From: Marsupella aquatica
Taxonomy: Eukaryota > Plantae > Marchantiophyta
NCBI GenBank assembly: GCA_973895155.1
Contig: OZ316899.1
Location: 2,749,455-2,813,454, forward strand
Length of the DNA stretch: 64,000 nt
Reading direction: 5' to 3'
The notes beneath the pieces were generated by a model. That model did not search any database. It worked only from the letters and a program-made list of their open reading frames with translations, and was not told where the DNA came from. Positions 37,727 to 48,332 of this stretch are shown here, piece by piece. A program made the translations under genes and the position numbers. Every line of letters begins with the position of its first letter. Position 1 is the first letter of the stretch.

Positions 37727-40700
37727 TAGCTCCCTGCTTAATTGTGAAGCGTCCTTGTGAACATCACTATTGGCGTCATCGTCTTGATGGTGGTACTTCT
37801 TCACACAATCATAACTGACTCGCGTGGGGAGTAAATCACCGGCGTATGTCGCAAGGTCCAAAGATCCGGTAGGGTAGATCTGATTGACTAGGAAAGGCCC
37901 TAACCAATGGGTATGAAGCTCCCCGGGGAACTGCATGTACCTGCTATTGTACAGCAGGACTAGATCGCCTATCATGACATTGACCTTCCGTAGTCCTTTG
38001 TCATGCAGTTTCTTGGAAGCTGCCTGTTGCTTTACGGTGTGCCGAGCTGCTAGTAGCCGTGCTTCTTCTAAGGCTTCAATTTGATAAGCTTGGTCGGACA
38101 AACTTTCAGGTTTGGGTAAGCAATCCCAAATGCTGACTCATGGAGTGTGTACTTCAAACTCAATGGGCACCAACAAATGTTGGCCGAACACGAGAAAGTA
38201 CGGGCTATGGCTCGTTGTAGTTTTGTAAGCTAGATTATACAAGTACACCGCTGCGTACAACTTATCATCCCAATCCGTTTTGTCCGTGGCCACTGTCTTG
38301 TTGAGGATCTTCCCTATGATACCATTGGCTCTCTCCGTCAGCCCGTTGGCTTTAGGTGATACAGGGTAGTCCTGCGGTGCTTGACTAGGTAACGCTCCGT
38401 AAGCCGTGCTATGGTGTCATTGAGGAAGTGTGTTCCACGGTCGCTTACTAATTCCAAAGGAGGCCCGAACCGGGTGAAGATCTGCTCGTATAAGAACCGG
38501 GCTCTTGTGGCGGCATCGTCCCTTACCATAGCCCGTGCTTTGACCCACTTCGTGGAGTAATCTATAGCTAATAGGATGTACCTGCATCTTTGTCTTTGGG
38601 TAACGGGGGTGAACGGCCCAATATAATCAATACCCCACTTCTCAAAAGGTGCTAAGGGAAGCACAGACGTGAGAGGGTGATGGTGAGCTCATCTTGGTGC
38701 CCCAGCCCGCTGACACAGGTCACAGCCCTTAATGAAGCGTTGTACATCCCTATGCAACGTGGGCCACCAATACCCTGAGTCGAGAATCTTTCGGGCGGTG
38801 GTGATAGTTGCAAAATGGCCTCCTGCTTCCTCTTCATGCAAGGCCCGTATCACAATGAGAGTTTCTTTGTACTCCAAGCAGCGTCATATTTTCCCGTTAA
38901 TTCCTTCCTTGTGTAGGTGGCCCCGTATCATGATGTATGGCCCCGCCTTTCGGAGAAATACGGTGGCAGCTTCCTGGTTGATGCCGTTGGGGATGCGTCC
39001 AGTTAGAAGGAACGTAATGATTGGCCCATACCATGTTGGCGCTCCCATCCCCACGTGGAATAGTTCCTCATCGGGGAAGGTGTCGTTAATAGGTTGCCCG
39101 ACTGGTACTCCATCCAGTCTTGAAAAGAAATCAACATTGAGGTGTGCCTTCTCGGGTCAAACCCGTACTTTGTAATTAAACTCTTGCAGTAGTAACACCC
39201 ACCGGGCTATCCTTCCCGTGACATCTGCTTTGTTGACCATGTACTTCAGGCTATCATGATCCGTGTGGAATATGACCTTATAGTCGAGCAGATAGTGTCG
39301 GAACTTCTTACATGAGTAGATAATACCCAGAGCTTCTCGATCAATGGGAGAATAGTTTTTCTTGGCTGGGGAGATTTCTAGTGTTGGCTGCACTGGGGTT
39401 GTATCTTGCTTCTTCCGACGCTTCTCTTCCTGTTTCTCTTGCTTTTGTTTGGCGCGAGTCGCCACACGGTAGCACTCAACTTCGTCCGACGGGTTTGGGT
39501 GTTCCACCACATCCACCAGGTTCACCCATTCTATGGTATCATCTTGCCATTCTATAGCGATCATTTGTACGACGGCATCGCTAGTAGCAAAACCTCCCAG
39601 GGCCAGCCTGGCTGCGCTTGCTCGGGCAGCGATCACCAAGGGGCAATTGGCCATGGAGTGGGCCTCAGTTTTGCAAACTTTACATAGTGGAGTGCCCCGG
39701 CCATCTCCCTGTCGTCTTGGCTCAGTGCATTCCCTGCCAAAGTTACCCAGCTTCTCACAGTTGTAACAAACCGAGGATCGCCAAGTCCCGGGTTTAGGAG
39801 GAATGCTCGGGTTACTGATAACCTGGACATTCCTGCCATTGTTTGGGTAAGGGTAAGTCCTTCTACCAGCTAAGTTGCGTGGACCCATCGTGGAAATTTG
39901 GTAGACAAAATTGGTGGCGTCTTCAAAGAAGTACTCGGTGGACTCCGGTTCTGGCCCCGAGCTGTCAGCGTCCTCCAATTCCACCTGATGGACCCTATTC
40001 TTCCATCGCGGGCATTCTTGCACCACGTGCCCGGATTGGAAACACTTGGAGCACCATGCGTGTGCTCGGGTCTCAGAAGGTTTCTTTTTCTCCACGGGCT
40101 TGTCCGCAAGGTGTACCAACAATGCTTTGAGACGATCCATAATTTCATTGAGCTTGTCTGCTTCAATGGCCTTTGGATCGGGGATCTTTCGTCCAACACA
40201 AGGCTTGACCTTCTCTTCCTTCTTAGCTCGCCTCTTCTTCTTCTTCTTGCTCTGGCTCTCGCTCTCCAAATCACTCCCCGATGAGTTGGAAGTGGAGGAT
40301 CTGCTGGTCGAAGTCAAATCCAAACTAGATTTTGTCTCCGAACTAGACGAGGTCGAACGATGTTTCTTCTTCTTCTTGCGTTTCTTCTTCTTCTTGTCGT
40401 TTGATTCGGAGTCACTGTCACTGAAGGTTTTGTATTTGCCCTTCTGTCGGCGTGCCCGTTGACTTCGCCGAGAGTTATAAGTGGATTCCCGATAGGTTTT
40501 GGCGCACGCTATGGCCGCTTGCATTGAAATTGGGTTATTTTGGCGCACCCAAAATTGCATATTCATGGGCAAACCATGGAGAAACCACGTAAGCTAGAGC
40601 GCATCTCCTGGCCTTGGCCGGATCTTGGCGGCAAGTTTCTGAAACTTCTGAATGAACTTTTGCAAAGATTCCTTCTTTCCCATGCAAAGCTGGCCGATCT

Positions 40701-41211
40701 TTAATAATGACCGCTGCTCCAATCCAATGGCACAAAACTCTTGCAGCAATGCAGCTTGGAAGTGTGCCCATGTGGTCCCGGGTGGCAGCAATTTGTACCA
40801 TGGACAAGCCTCTCCCTGCATCACACCGGGGAGGATGGTTAGCTTAATGGCATCTTCCCCATTGGCCTTAGCAGTGGCTTCAAATTCATCCAACCATTCA
40901 TCTGGATCGTCCCCATGATGCCCTTTGAAAGGTTGATAATGAAACCGTGACCGTTGCGATACTTGTGGGGGAACTTGGGCAGCGCGGGCCATAGCCGGTG
41001 GGGCTGCTGCCATTGGTACTGCTAGCGGTGGCGCAGCAGGGACTGGAGTAGGACCGGCTGGTCCGGACCCCAAAGGTCCCGATGGTATGTTCATTTGTCG
41101 AGGTGATAGCAAATCCTCCGAGCTTGAGGATTCGGAGCTTGTTGTGGCCGCACTCTCTCGTTCGCTGGTCAATCTTCTCAAGTAAGCGGCTTGAGATCGG
41201 GTGACGGGCAT
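37694..41211 (-). pseudogene. gag-pol: H gag fused in frame to RH C-half and integrase; protease and RT deleted
   Basis: MPVTRSQ gag, three knuckles, junction DTTPVQPTLEIS|PAKKNYSPIDREAL at about 39370, GGHF..CDLCQR, IDYIGPF, SDRGTHF, LHTHWLGPF. Confidence 0.9.
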
Positions 41212-41308
41212 CTACTCGTATAATGACAATGGTTAGTAATGAACTGGGGACTGGTGTACCTCGCCCTAGTGCATTCGCACATGTCTCCCCTCTACTACAC
41301 GTAGAGTG

Positions 41309-41327
41309 TCCCCTCCATCTAGCGCCA
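41309..41327 (-). promoter_or_regulatory. H PBS TGGCGCTAGATGGAGGGGA (tRNA-Asn-like)
   Basis: One mismatch in the first 17 nt to the complement of the plant tRNA-Asn 3' end as I recall it (TGGCGCTAGAAGGAGGG); 12 nt from the LTR end. Confidence 0.75.
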
Positions 41328-42040
41328 AAACAAAGGCTATGTCACGTCGTCAGCCTACGTCTTAACCCAGGCTTTGGCTTAGACAGGCACATCCTTCGTA
41401 AATATGAGGGTTTGGGCAGGGAGGGACACACAAAATGCTCCTAACTTACGTAAACTAGCGCTAAGTACGCTTACTGTTATGTATAGACACCTCCTAGGTA
41501 TAGTTTGAGTTCCACCGTCGGAACGTACCTTAGTCGACATGGGGTCGACCCCGGCTCACGGACTTCTAAGCCTTCGTGTTACCGCCTTCAATCCGGATCC
41601 ATTAGTACAAGGGTTCAACCCGGGCTCGCAACCCCGTACCCATATCCGGCACCCCATGCACGGTTGGCACAACGTGTTCGGCCCGACGTTGATACTTGCA
41701 CACGAGACTCATACATGCATTCATACATAACAGAAATCTTGACTTACATGAAGGAATTAAGGAGAAAGGATTTCATTCATTTATGATCATACACTTTACG
41801 ATTGGTTGACCCGACACCTCGTGAACGAATGGGCCCAAGGCCGAGGAGTATACACTACAACGGAGCTTGACTCCGCACTGACCCAACAAGCTTAGTCGTA
41901 TACCCTCCCCTTGGCACTTCGGTATTTCACCGAGTTTGGGACTCCCCGCGCTGTCGTGGGGATTCTTTGTTTAGTAAGTTCCTCCTAAGTATAGCTTAGT
42001 AGTATAGGATAGTAGTTTGAATTCTCACATTATATGCAGT

Positions 42041-42152
42041 CTATAATGTGCATGCTACAGTGGAGGACCTACAGTGTGCATGCTATAGTGCACGATCTAC
42101 AGTGTGCATGCTACAGTGTACGGTCTACAGAGTACATGCTATAGTACATGGT
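42041..42152 (+). repeat. 28-bp tandem array in the E LTR, left part
   Basis: Unit CATGCTACAGTGTACGATCTACAGTGTG; three full units plus the unit split by D2. Confidence 0.92.
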
Positions 42153-45100
42153 TGTGGTGCGTCCCATGGCTCCCTAAACCCAAGAAACCCCCCAGCACAA
42201 GCCGATTCCCGCAGGTTTCGCGCTTGGCGAGGCCGTTTTCGCGGCTTAGTGGCATGGGACGCTGCTAACCTCCTTCTACTACTACTATTAACATTTTACA
42301 CACATATACTGGACAGATCCTTCATCGGGTCATGAGATATGTAGCCGGCCTAATCTGGGCCTTCCCTTCTCTTCCTCTCCTTCTAGTTGGGTATATTTGG
42401 ATTCCGCCGCCGAAATGATCCCCAATGGGCTTGGTTAAGCCGCTAAGACCTCTCTCAGCTCGACACATCCAACTCTCACTCCCTTGCTTACTTTCCTTTA
42501 TCTATTAGTTGATGTGGGCACTCTTCACACAAGTTAATGTGACACACAAATAGCAAAATGACTCCTTCTGACTGAGTCATACCATGCACTTGCCATACAA
42601 ACAGTACATCTCATACACAAGCTCTGCAAACTAAGCCGTGAGGCCAACTCTATTCAGCTCTTAGGCATGAGGAAACATGAATATACACAAGGGTCACTGT
42701 ATGACTAACCAAGAGCTTCTCTTACTACTTGATCCCAGCCCGGCTGGTGCAACTAAAAACTTGCTAAAGAAGAGGCCCTGAGCTCCCCGCTGCCCAGGTA
42801 CTTATCCTGGACGCGGATCCGCCTAATTCCTTGCAGCGTAAGCCAAATCTATCTAATGAATCTACCTAACTGAATCTACCTATGTACAGCGAGGCAGGAG
42901 TACAAGTGTTGCTCTTACCAGTGGAACCGCAATCCCACTAAGCTAAGTGTCAGGGCCGCCTCCTGGTCCTGATCCTAATCCTAAAATTAGAGATCCGAGC
43001 CCGCCCTGCCCACTCACGCCTCCTCCCTCCACGTCTGCCCTCCTTGAAAGGAGCGGCCCTCCACCACCGTCATGGCAGCGGTGTCTGTTCCTCAGTGGAC
43101 GCCCCCAACGCTTCCACCTCAGCCACTGCCGTAGGTTTGTTCTTTGACAGATTACCTGCCCTTGACTGAGTCAACTCTCCATCGGCCTGACTGGGTCCAC
43201 CTTCGGCTTCGGCCTCGGCTTCGTCATCCCCTGCTTCTAGGGTAGTTGGATCCTCTGCCGTGACCCTGCCTGGGGTCGGTGCTGGGTCTGCCTCCTTGGT
43301 CACCACGGCCTGTGGAGCCGTATTACTCCCTGACCCTGAAGGTTTCCGCTTCTTCTTCTTTTCTGGTTCGGCAGCTGGCCCCTTCCCCTTCCCACTTACT
43401 TCCGGTACTAGTGCAAATGGCGCGGCTTGTTCTTCAGCCAGTACCACTCCTGGTAACTTGGTTGCCCCAATTGGAGGGGCCTGATGGAGCCAAGCCTTTA
43501 ATTATTGCGGCTTGTTTCTTCAGCCGCTCCGTTTGGTTGTCGGCTCGCCATTGTAAGTTCTCCAGCTTCCGCGTGCTTTCCTCCAACTCCTCCTGTACTT
43601 CGTCCAGGTCCTTGCGCGCCTCCTCCAGTTCTTTCTGGGCTTCCTCCAGCTCCCTGTGGGCTTCCTCCAATTCCTTCTTCAAGGTAGCCCTCTCCTCCTG
43701 GGTTGCTCTTAGCTCTTTGTCGAGCTCCGTTACGACCTCAGACTCCATTTTATTCATCTTGGCATAAGTCTGGTCGAGCTGGTCGTCCTTCTCCCGTAGG
43801 TCGGCCTTGAAGCTGGCCGTCACGGACGCAAGTTCCTGCTGCAGTGCAATAATCCCTTGATAGGATTTCCCTAACTCAGCCTCCTTCTGCTTAAGGGCTC
43901 CGCGGATAACCTCAAGCTCCCCCTTCAACGCCCTTTCCCTTCTCTGGGTCTCTGCCAGTGCCCGGTTGTTGGCTGTTATGTGGGCCTCCTCTGCATTCCT
44001 CAGCTCTCGCTTCCACTTCTCCCACTCCTTGATCGCATCGGCCAACTCTCCTTGGGTCCGCGTCAGTAGATTCTCGATCATCCGATCATCAGACTGTGCG
44101 GTATCCAACTGGCCCTACATGATATTTAGCTCATGCCGCTTAATCCGCAGCTCATCTTGGGCTTTCTTGGCCGCCCTTAGATCCTTGATTTTGGCTTCCC
44201 TTTCCCTAAGCCGACGGATGACCTCGTCCTTCTTGCTTCTTTCCAAGGCCACCGCTTCTTCTAAATGGCGCTTCTCCAACATCTCCCTCTGGAAAAAGGG
44301 TCCCTGCTCCAACTCCTCCCCAAAGATGCTGAGCGCTAGTTCTCCACACATCTCCCCGTACTCCATGGCTCTATTTTTAGCATAGGTGGAGGAAGTAGAA
44401 GTCATCGGCATCATCCACCGCGGCCTTTGTTCCCAAGCCGCCTTGCGGATCTCCTCTATCATGGCCGGAGGGCTTCTTCATTTTTCTGCAAGCCGCCTGA
44501 TGTTCTCTGGCCATTCTCCTCCTGGTAAATCCTTCTCCCTAGCCAGGGCTGCCTCCTCTTCCTCCCTCATTCGCTCCTGAAATTCCTGCGCCGTCTGTTT
44601 TATGCCGTCAAAGCTTGGGGGAGCGACATCTGGCGGGGGAGACTCGGGGCTGCTCTGCTGGCTCGGGTCCCCTCGGACTACTCTTGGGAGTGTGGGGATA
44701 AACCGGCCACATGTCCTTACTCCTGGAACATGATGATTCGACCCGTAGCCGGAGTTATCATTGCTGTAGTCCTCCACCGCCTCCTCCTCGGCTTGGACTA
44801 CCGGCTTCTCCCGCTGTTCTCCTGATTTTGTTGTGAACACGGCTTCTCCTCTTGCCGGTCTTGGTTCCTCCTCCGGCTTCCGTGTTGATCTCTTGTTCTC
44901 CTTGTCGGGGCCGGGAGCTACGGCCTGCTTCTCTTCGGCTTCGGGACTAGAGGCTCCTACATACATCCGGACTCCCGGCTCGTGTTCCGGCCTCCTTCTC
45001 TCCTTGACTCCAGTAAAGGGGTTTTCCCTTTTAAGCCGGTTTAGGCCTACCTCTGGAGTAGTGTCCTGTATTGTTGCCGTTGCCGTTGCCGTTGTTGTTG

Positions 45101-46835
45101 TTGTTGCCGATGCCGTAGCCATTCTCTTTTCTTTCTCCAGCAGTTTCAGCAGATTCTGCATGCCTGGTTGCTGCATCGGCAAGTCCTCCGTCCTTGGCCT
45201 AAACACCTGCTCGATTGTAGGACTGTCGGGCGGTTTAGGTTTCTCCGTTGCCGGCCTCTGTTCCGGAACCTCCTCTGGTGCCCTTGCCTGTAGGGGAAGT
45301 ACCGGGGCAAAGGTCTTACTTCGGGCATACCGGCACAATAGCGGCATGTGATAGCCAAGCCGGGATACGCTTCCTTTGCCGATCACCAACTGTTCCTCCT
45401 TCAAGATCTTCTTTAGTTGAGTGAGGAGGTAACCGTTGTAGTCCCGGCTTGGGTCTGGCCTCTCTGCCAGATAGACCTGTGCCTTGCCAATCTCTGCTCT
45501 CGGCCAATTGCAATGCATGGTCACCCGCAAGAAATTGATCATCTCTCCTATATGCGGGTTGGTGCAAGTGTTATGGAAAAAACCATTCTTTGTTGAAGGC
45601 CCTGGAAACAACCTGAACTCCGTGTCTGGCAAGGTCTTCCTGGTATCTACCTTGGTCTTATTGCCCATCGGCAAGCCAAATACTTCGGCAATCACCTGGG
45701 GAGTGAGATAGAATTCCTTCCCATACACCCTTGTGGAATTGGTCTCGGACTCCCATGATCCCACAAATTCCAGTAAGTCTGAATTCGGCACCTCCAGCTT
45801 CAGCCACAGTAACCTTACGAAGGCTTCCAAGCCGGATCCGGCCATGAAGCCCTGATATTTCCGAGTCTGCATAGCCGTAAAGCATGCATCCTCCTCTCTT
45901 GCAAAGTGTAATTGGACCTCCTCGGGGAGGATCGTCGCCCAGCCTTTCCAGGTGTCATCTCTCGTTGGAATGGCGTTGATGGGGTCGACCTCCTCCTCCT
46001 CGGCTTCTCTCTGCCTCCTGCTCTGCTGTTCGGCTGGTTTCTTTGGTGTAGCCGACCTCATTCTTTTTGCCGGGGTGGCCTCGTCGTTGTTAATTCCCTT
46101 CCTCTTCATCTCGGCTGCCGTGGATGTCTCTCCGAGCACGGTTGCCTTTGTCCACCCCTCCGTGCTACCCTTCAACTCCCAGTGTAGGTCGTTGCAGCGT
46201 TTGATGGCTTCGCGGATGCCGACGACTCTGTCTTCGCAAAACAGAAGGTCGTCGAGTTGATTGGTAGGAGTCCACAAGAATTCGGCCTTGATGAGTTCTC
46301 CTCCTAAGAAGGCACCTTTCTGTAGCTCCCACAATCGAGCGAGCTCCTGCCGTTCTTGAGCTGCTCTCTCTGATTCTTCGTCCTCGTAAGTCCCAATGTA
46401 CTCAGTTGCCCGTTCGAACAGGCATCCCCAAAAATGTGCCGCTTGATTGACGTTGCTCATACCCTTATCGAGTTGATAGTCGGTATCTGCTCCCCCCCTG
46501 AGTGCTTGCTTAAGCAGCTGATAGTAGTTGGCCGTCCGTAGTCGTCTGCCCAGTTCGTGCCTGCAAATGAGCCACAACTCTTCGCGAGCGGTCCTTACCC
46601 CTCTCCTCCTCGACGTTTCTCTTCCGTTGGTGACCCCTAGCCGCCGGCATTTATCGTGCCCTAACCTTAATCGTGTTCTCTCCCCTGGCGTCCTTACTTC
46701 CGGCCTCGGCTCGGGTTCCATAGTCACCCTTAATTATTTATATTTTCTTATTTCTGTAACTATACTAAGGTGTTTCTAGGGTACACTTCCCAATTCCACT
46801 TAAACTAGCCGAGTGATTCCTGGCTAGGCATCACA
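42153..46835 (-). mobile_element. D2: giant ORF-containing solo LTR (4683 bp)
   Basis: TGTGATGC...GCACCACA; TSD ATGGT/ACGGT (one CpG transition). Removing it restores an exact 28-bp array unit. Confidence 0.92.
43070..46721 (-). pseudogene. D2 LTR-encoded accessory ORF (first about 750 aa open, then frameshifts)
   Basis: ORF-track pieces 44478-46727, 44115-44462, 43434-44108 and 43070-43447 are colinear with D3. Confidence 0.88.
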
Positions 46836-47100
46836 ACGGTCTACAATATGCATGCTACAGTGTAAGATCTACAGTGTGCATGCTACAGTGCATGATCTAC
46901 AATGTGCATGCTACAGTGTACGGTATATAGAGTGCATGCTACAGTACACGGTCTATAGTATGCATGCTACAGTGTAAGATCTACAGTGTGCATGCTCCAG
47001 TGCAAGACCTACAGTGTGCATGCTACAGTGTACGATCTATAGTATGCATGCTACAGTGTACGATCTACAGTCTGCATGCTACAGTGTACTGCCTACAGTT
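46836..47100 (+). repeat. 28-bp tandem array in the E LTR, right part
   Basis: CATGC recurs every 28 bp from 46851 to 47075 (nine units). Confidence 0.95.
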
Positions 47101-47208
47101 GCTCCACTCATGTAACTACAGTACTAGCACACTTACTTGCCTTGGATGTGTGACACATGGCTTCCATCCGTGTGCCATGCTTGATCCGTGTGTTTGAGGT
47201 GTGAGCAC

Positions 47209-47216
47209 TATAAATA
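47209..47216 (+). promoter_or_regulatory. TATA box of the E LTR (TATAAATA)
   Basis: Consensus TATA about 110 bp downstream of the repeat array within the LTR. Confidence 0.6.
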
Positions 47217-47314
47217 AAGAGGAGAGGGGCTCTCTTCCCTCACTCCCCATCTTTCATCAATTAAGTGTGAAGCCTTAAGAATCCATTGGACTTGGTGACC
47301 TCCTCTATGAATAT

Positions 47315-47600
47315 AACCCTTATGAAGGAGACCCACTCATACACGCTTGCTTAGAGCTTCGGCTTGGCCAGAGATATTTTGTATGAGTTGGACCTTCAAA
47401 AATTATTATCATTTGATGGAAGATGGTTATTAAGTCCTAAAGAGTTGCAAAGTGCTCAACAATACCTTAACATCATATGCTCCTTTTGGGTGAAACCCTT
47501 ATGAAGTAGACCCACGGATGCACGCTGGCTTGGAGCTTAGCTCAGTCAGTGGTAATTTGTATGTGTTGGACCTTCAGATAGTGTTTTCATTCAAAAGAAG
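47315..47600 (+). repeat. Diverged two-copy repeat (period about 180 bp) in the E LTR
   Basis: AACCCTTATGAAG.AGACCCAC...TGTATG.GTTGGACCTTCA occurs at about 47315 and about 47494. Confidence 0.7.
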
Positions 47601-48228
47601 ATAAACTTATTAAGATAAATATTTGCATGTATATACTTAGAGTTAACTCAATGCATAGTATTTGTTTGAAATGAATGATCTTTTCGTTGAATGATTCTAT
47701 ATCTTGTCATTAGAATGAATATTAGTTGGATGGAATATTTGATAGTACGATAATGCCCAGACCAATACCTATTCTTCCTCTCCCTAATCCTTTCTTTATT
47801 AGAATTCATGTACTCTAAAAAGAGATAATGCGTCAGCATATGACTTTTCACTTTGGAGAAGCATTTGCAATTGCGGTGTTAAATTCAATAGAGTCAATTG
47901 TATACCCTTATGTAGTTTATGGGCAGAATTGGGCTTGCACAATTTTTATCTTGTATTGAGATGGATCTCAACAAACCTCCCTCCGATGAACCTCCCGTTT
48001 CTTTCTCGTTGGGAGATATTCATTTTGTAACTTGACCCAAGGATGCAATAGTCCGTAGGTATGGAGAAAAGGGTTATGATATTGTGCTTTCATCCACAGA
48101 ACCATTCCTTGTGGTGTCTGCTACCCAATCTAGAATAGTAATCATGATCTTAACTTAAGTTCTCTCTTGACACTAGCAGCCATAGGCCCGGTGCTTCCTC
48201 AAAAACCACATTTTCCCCCCAGACATGT

Positions 48229-48246
48229 TGGCGACCATACTGGGGA
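48229..48246 (+). promoter_or_regulatory. E PBS TGGCGACCATACTGGGGA
   Basis: Identical to the A PBS; 3 nt after AGACA. Confidence 0.85.
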
Positions 48247-48332
48247 AACTTGAGGCTAGTGTCAAAGATAAAAGGATATTGATGAGAGAAGAAGCTTGAT
48301 AGAAAATAGAAGCAAAGGGGAAGTTGTTCACA

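Larger units (their letters stand above)
33738..41951 (-). mobile_element. Element H: Athila-like Ty3/gypsy with giant 3' LTR; 5' LTR interrupted by E
   Basis: 33738-34351 repeats at 41340-41951; Asn-type PBS; gag, RH C-half and IN present. Confidence 0.9.

Noticed and set aside
42041-47100. 28-bp repeats as a CRISPR array
   Set aside because: Units are head-to-tail with no unique spacers, there are no cas genes, and the context is eukaryotic retrotransposon DNA.
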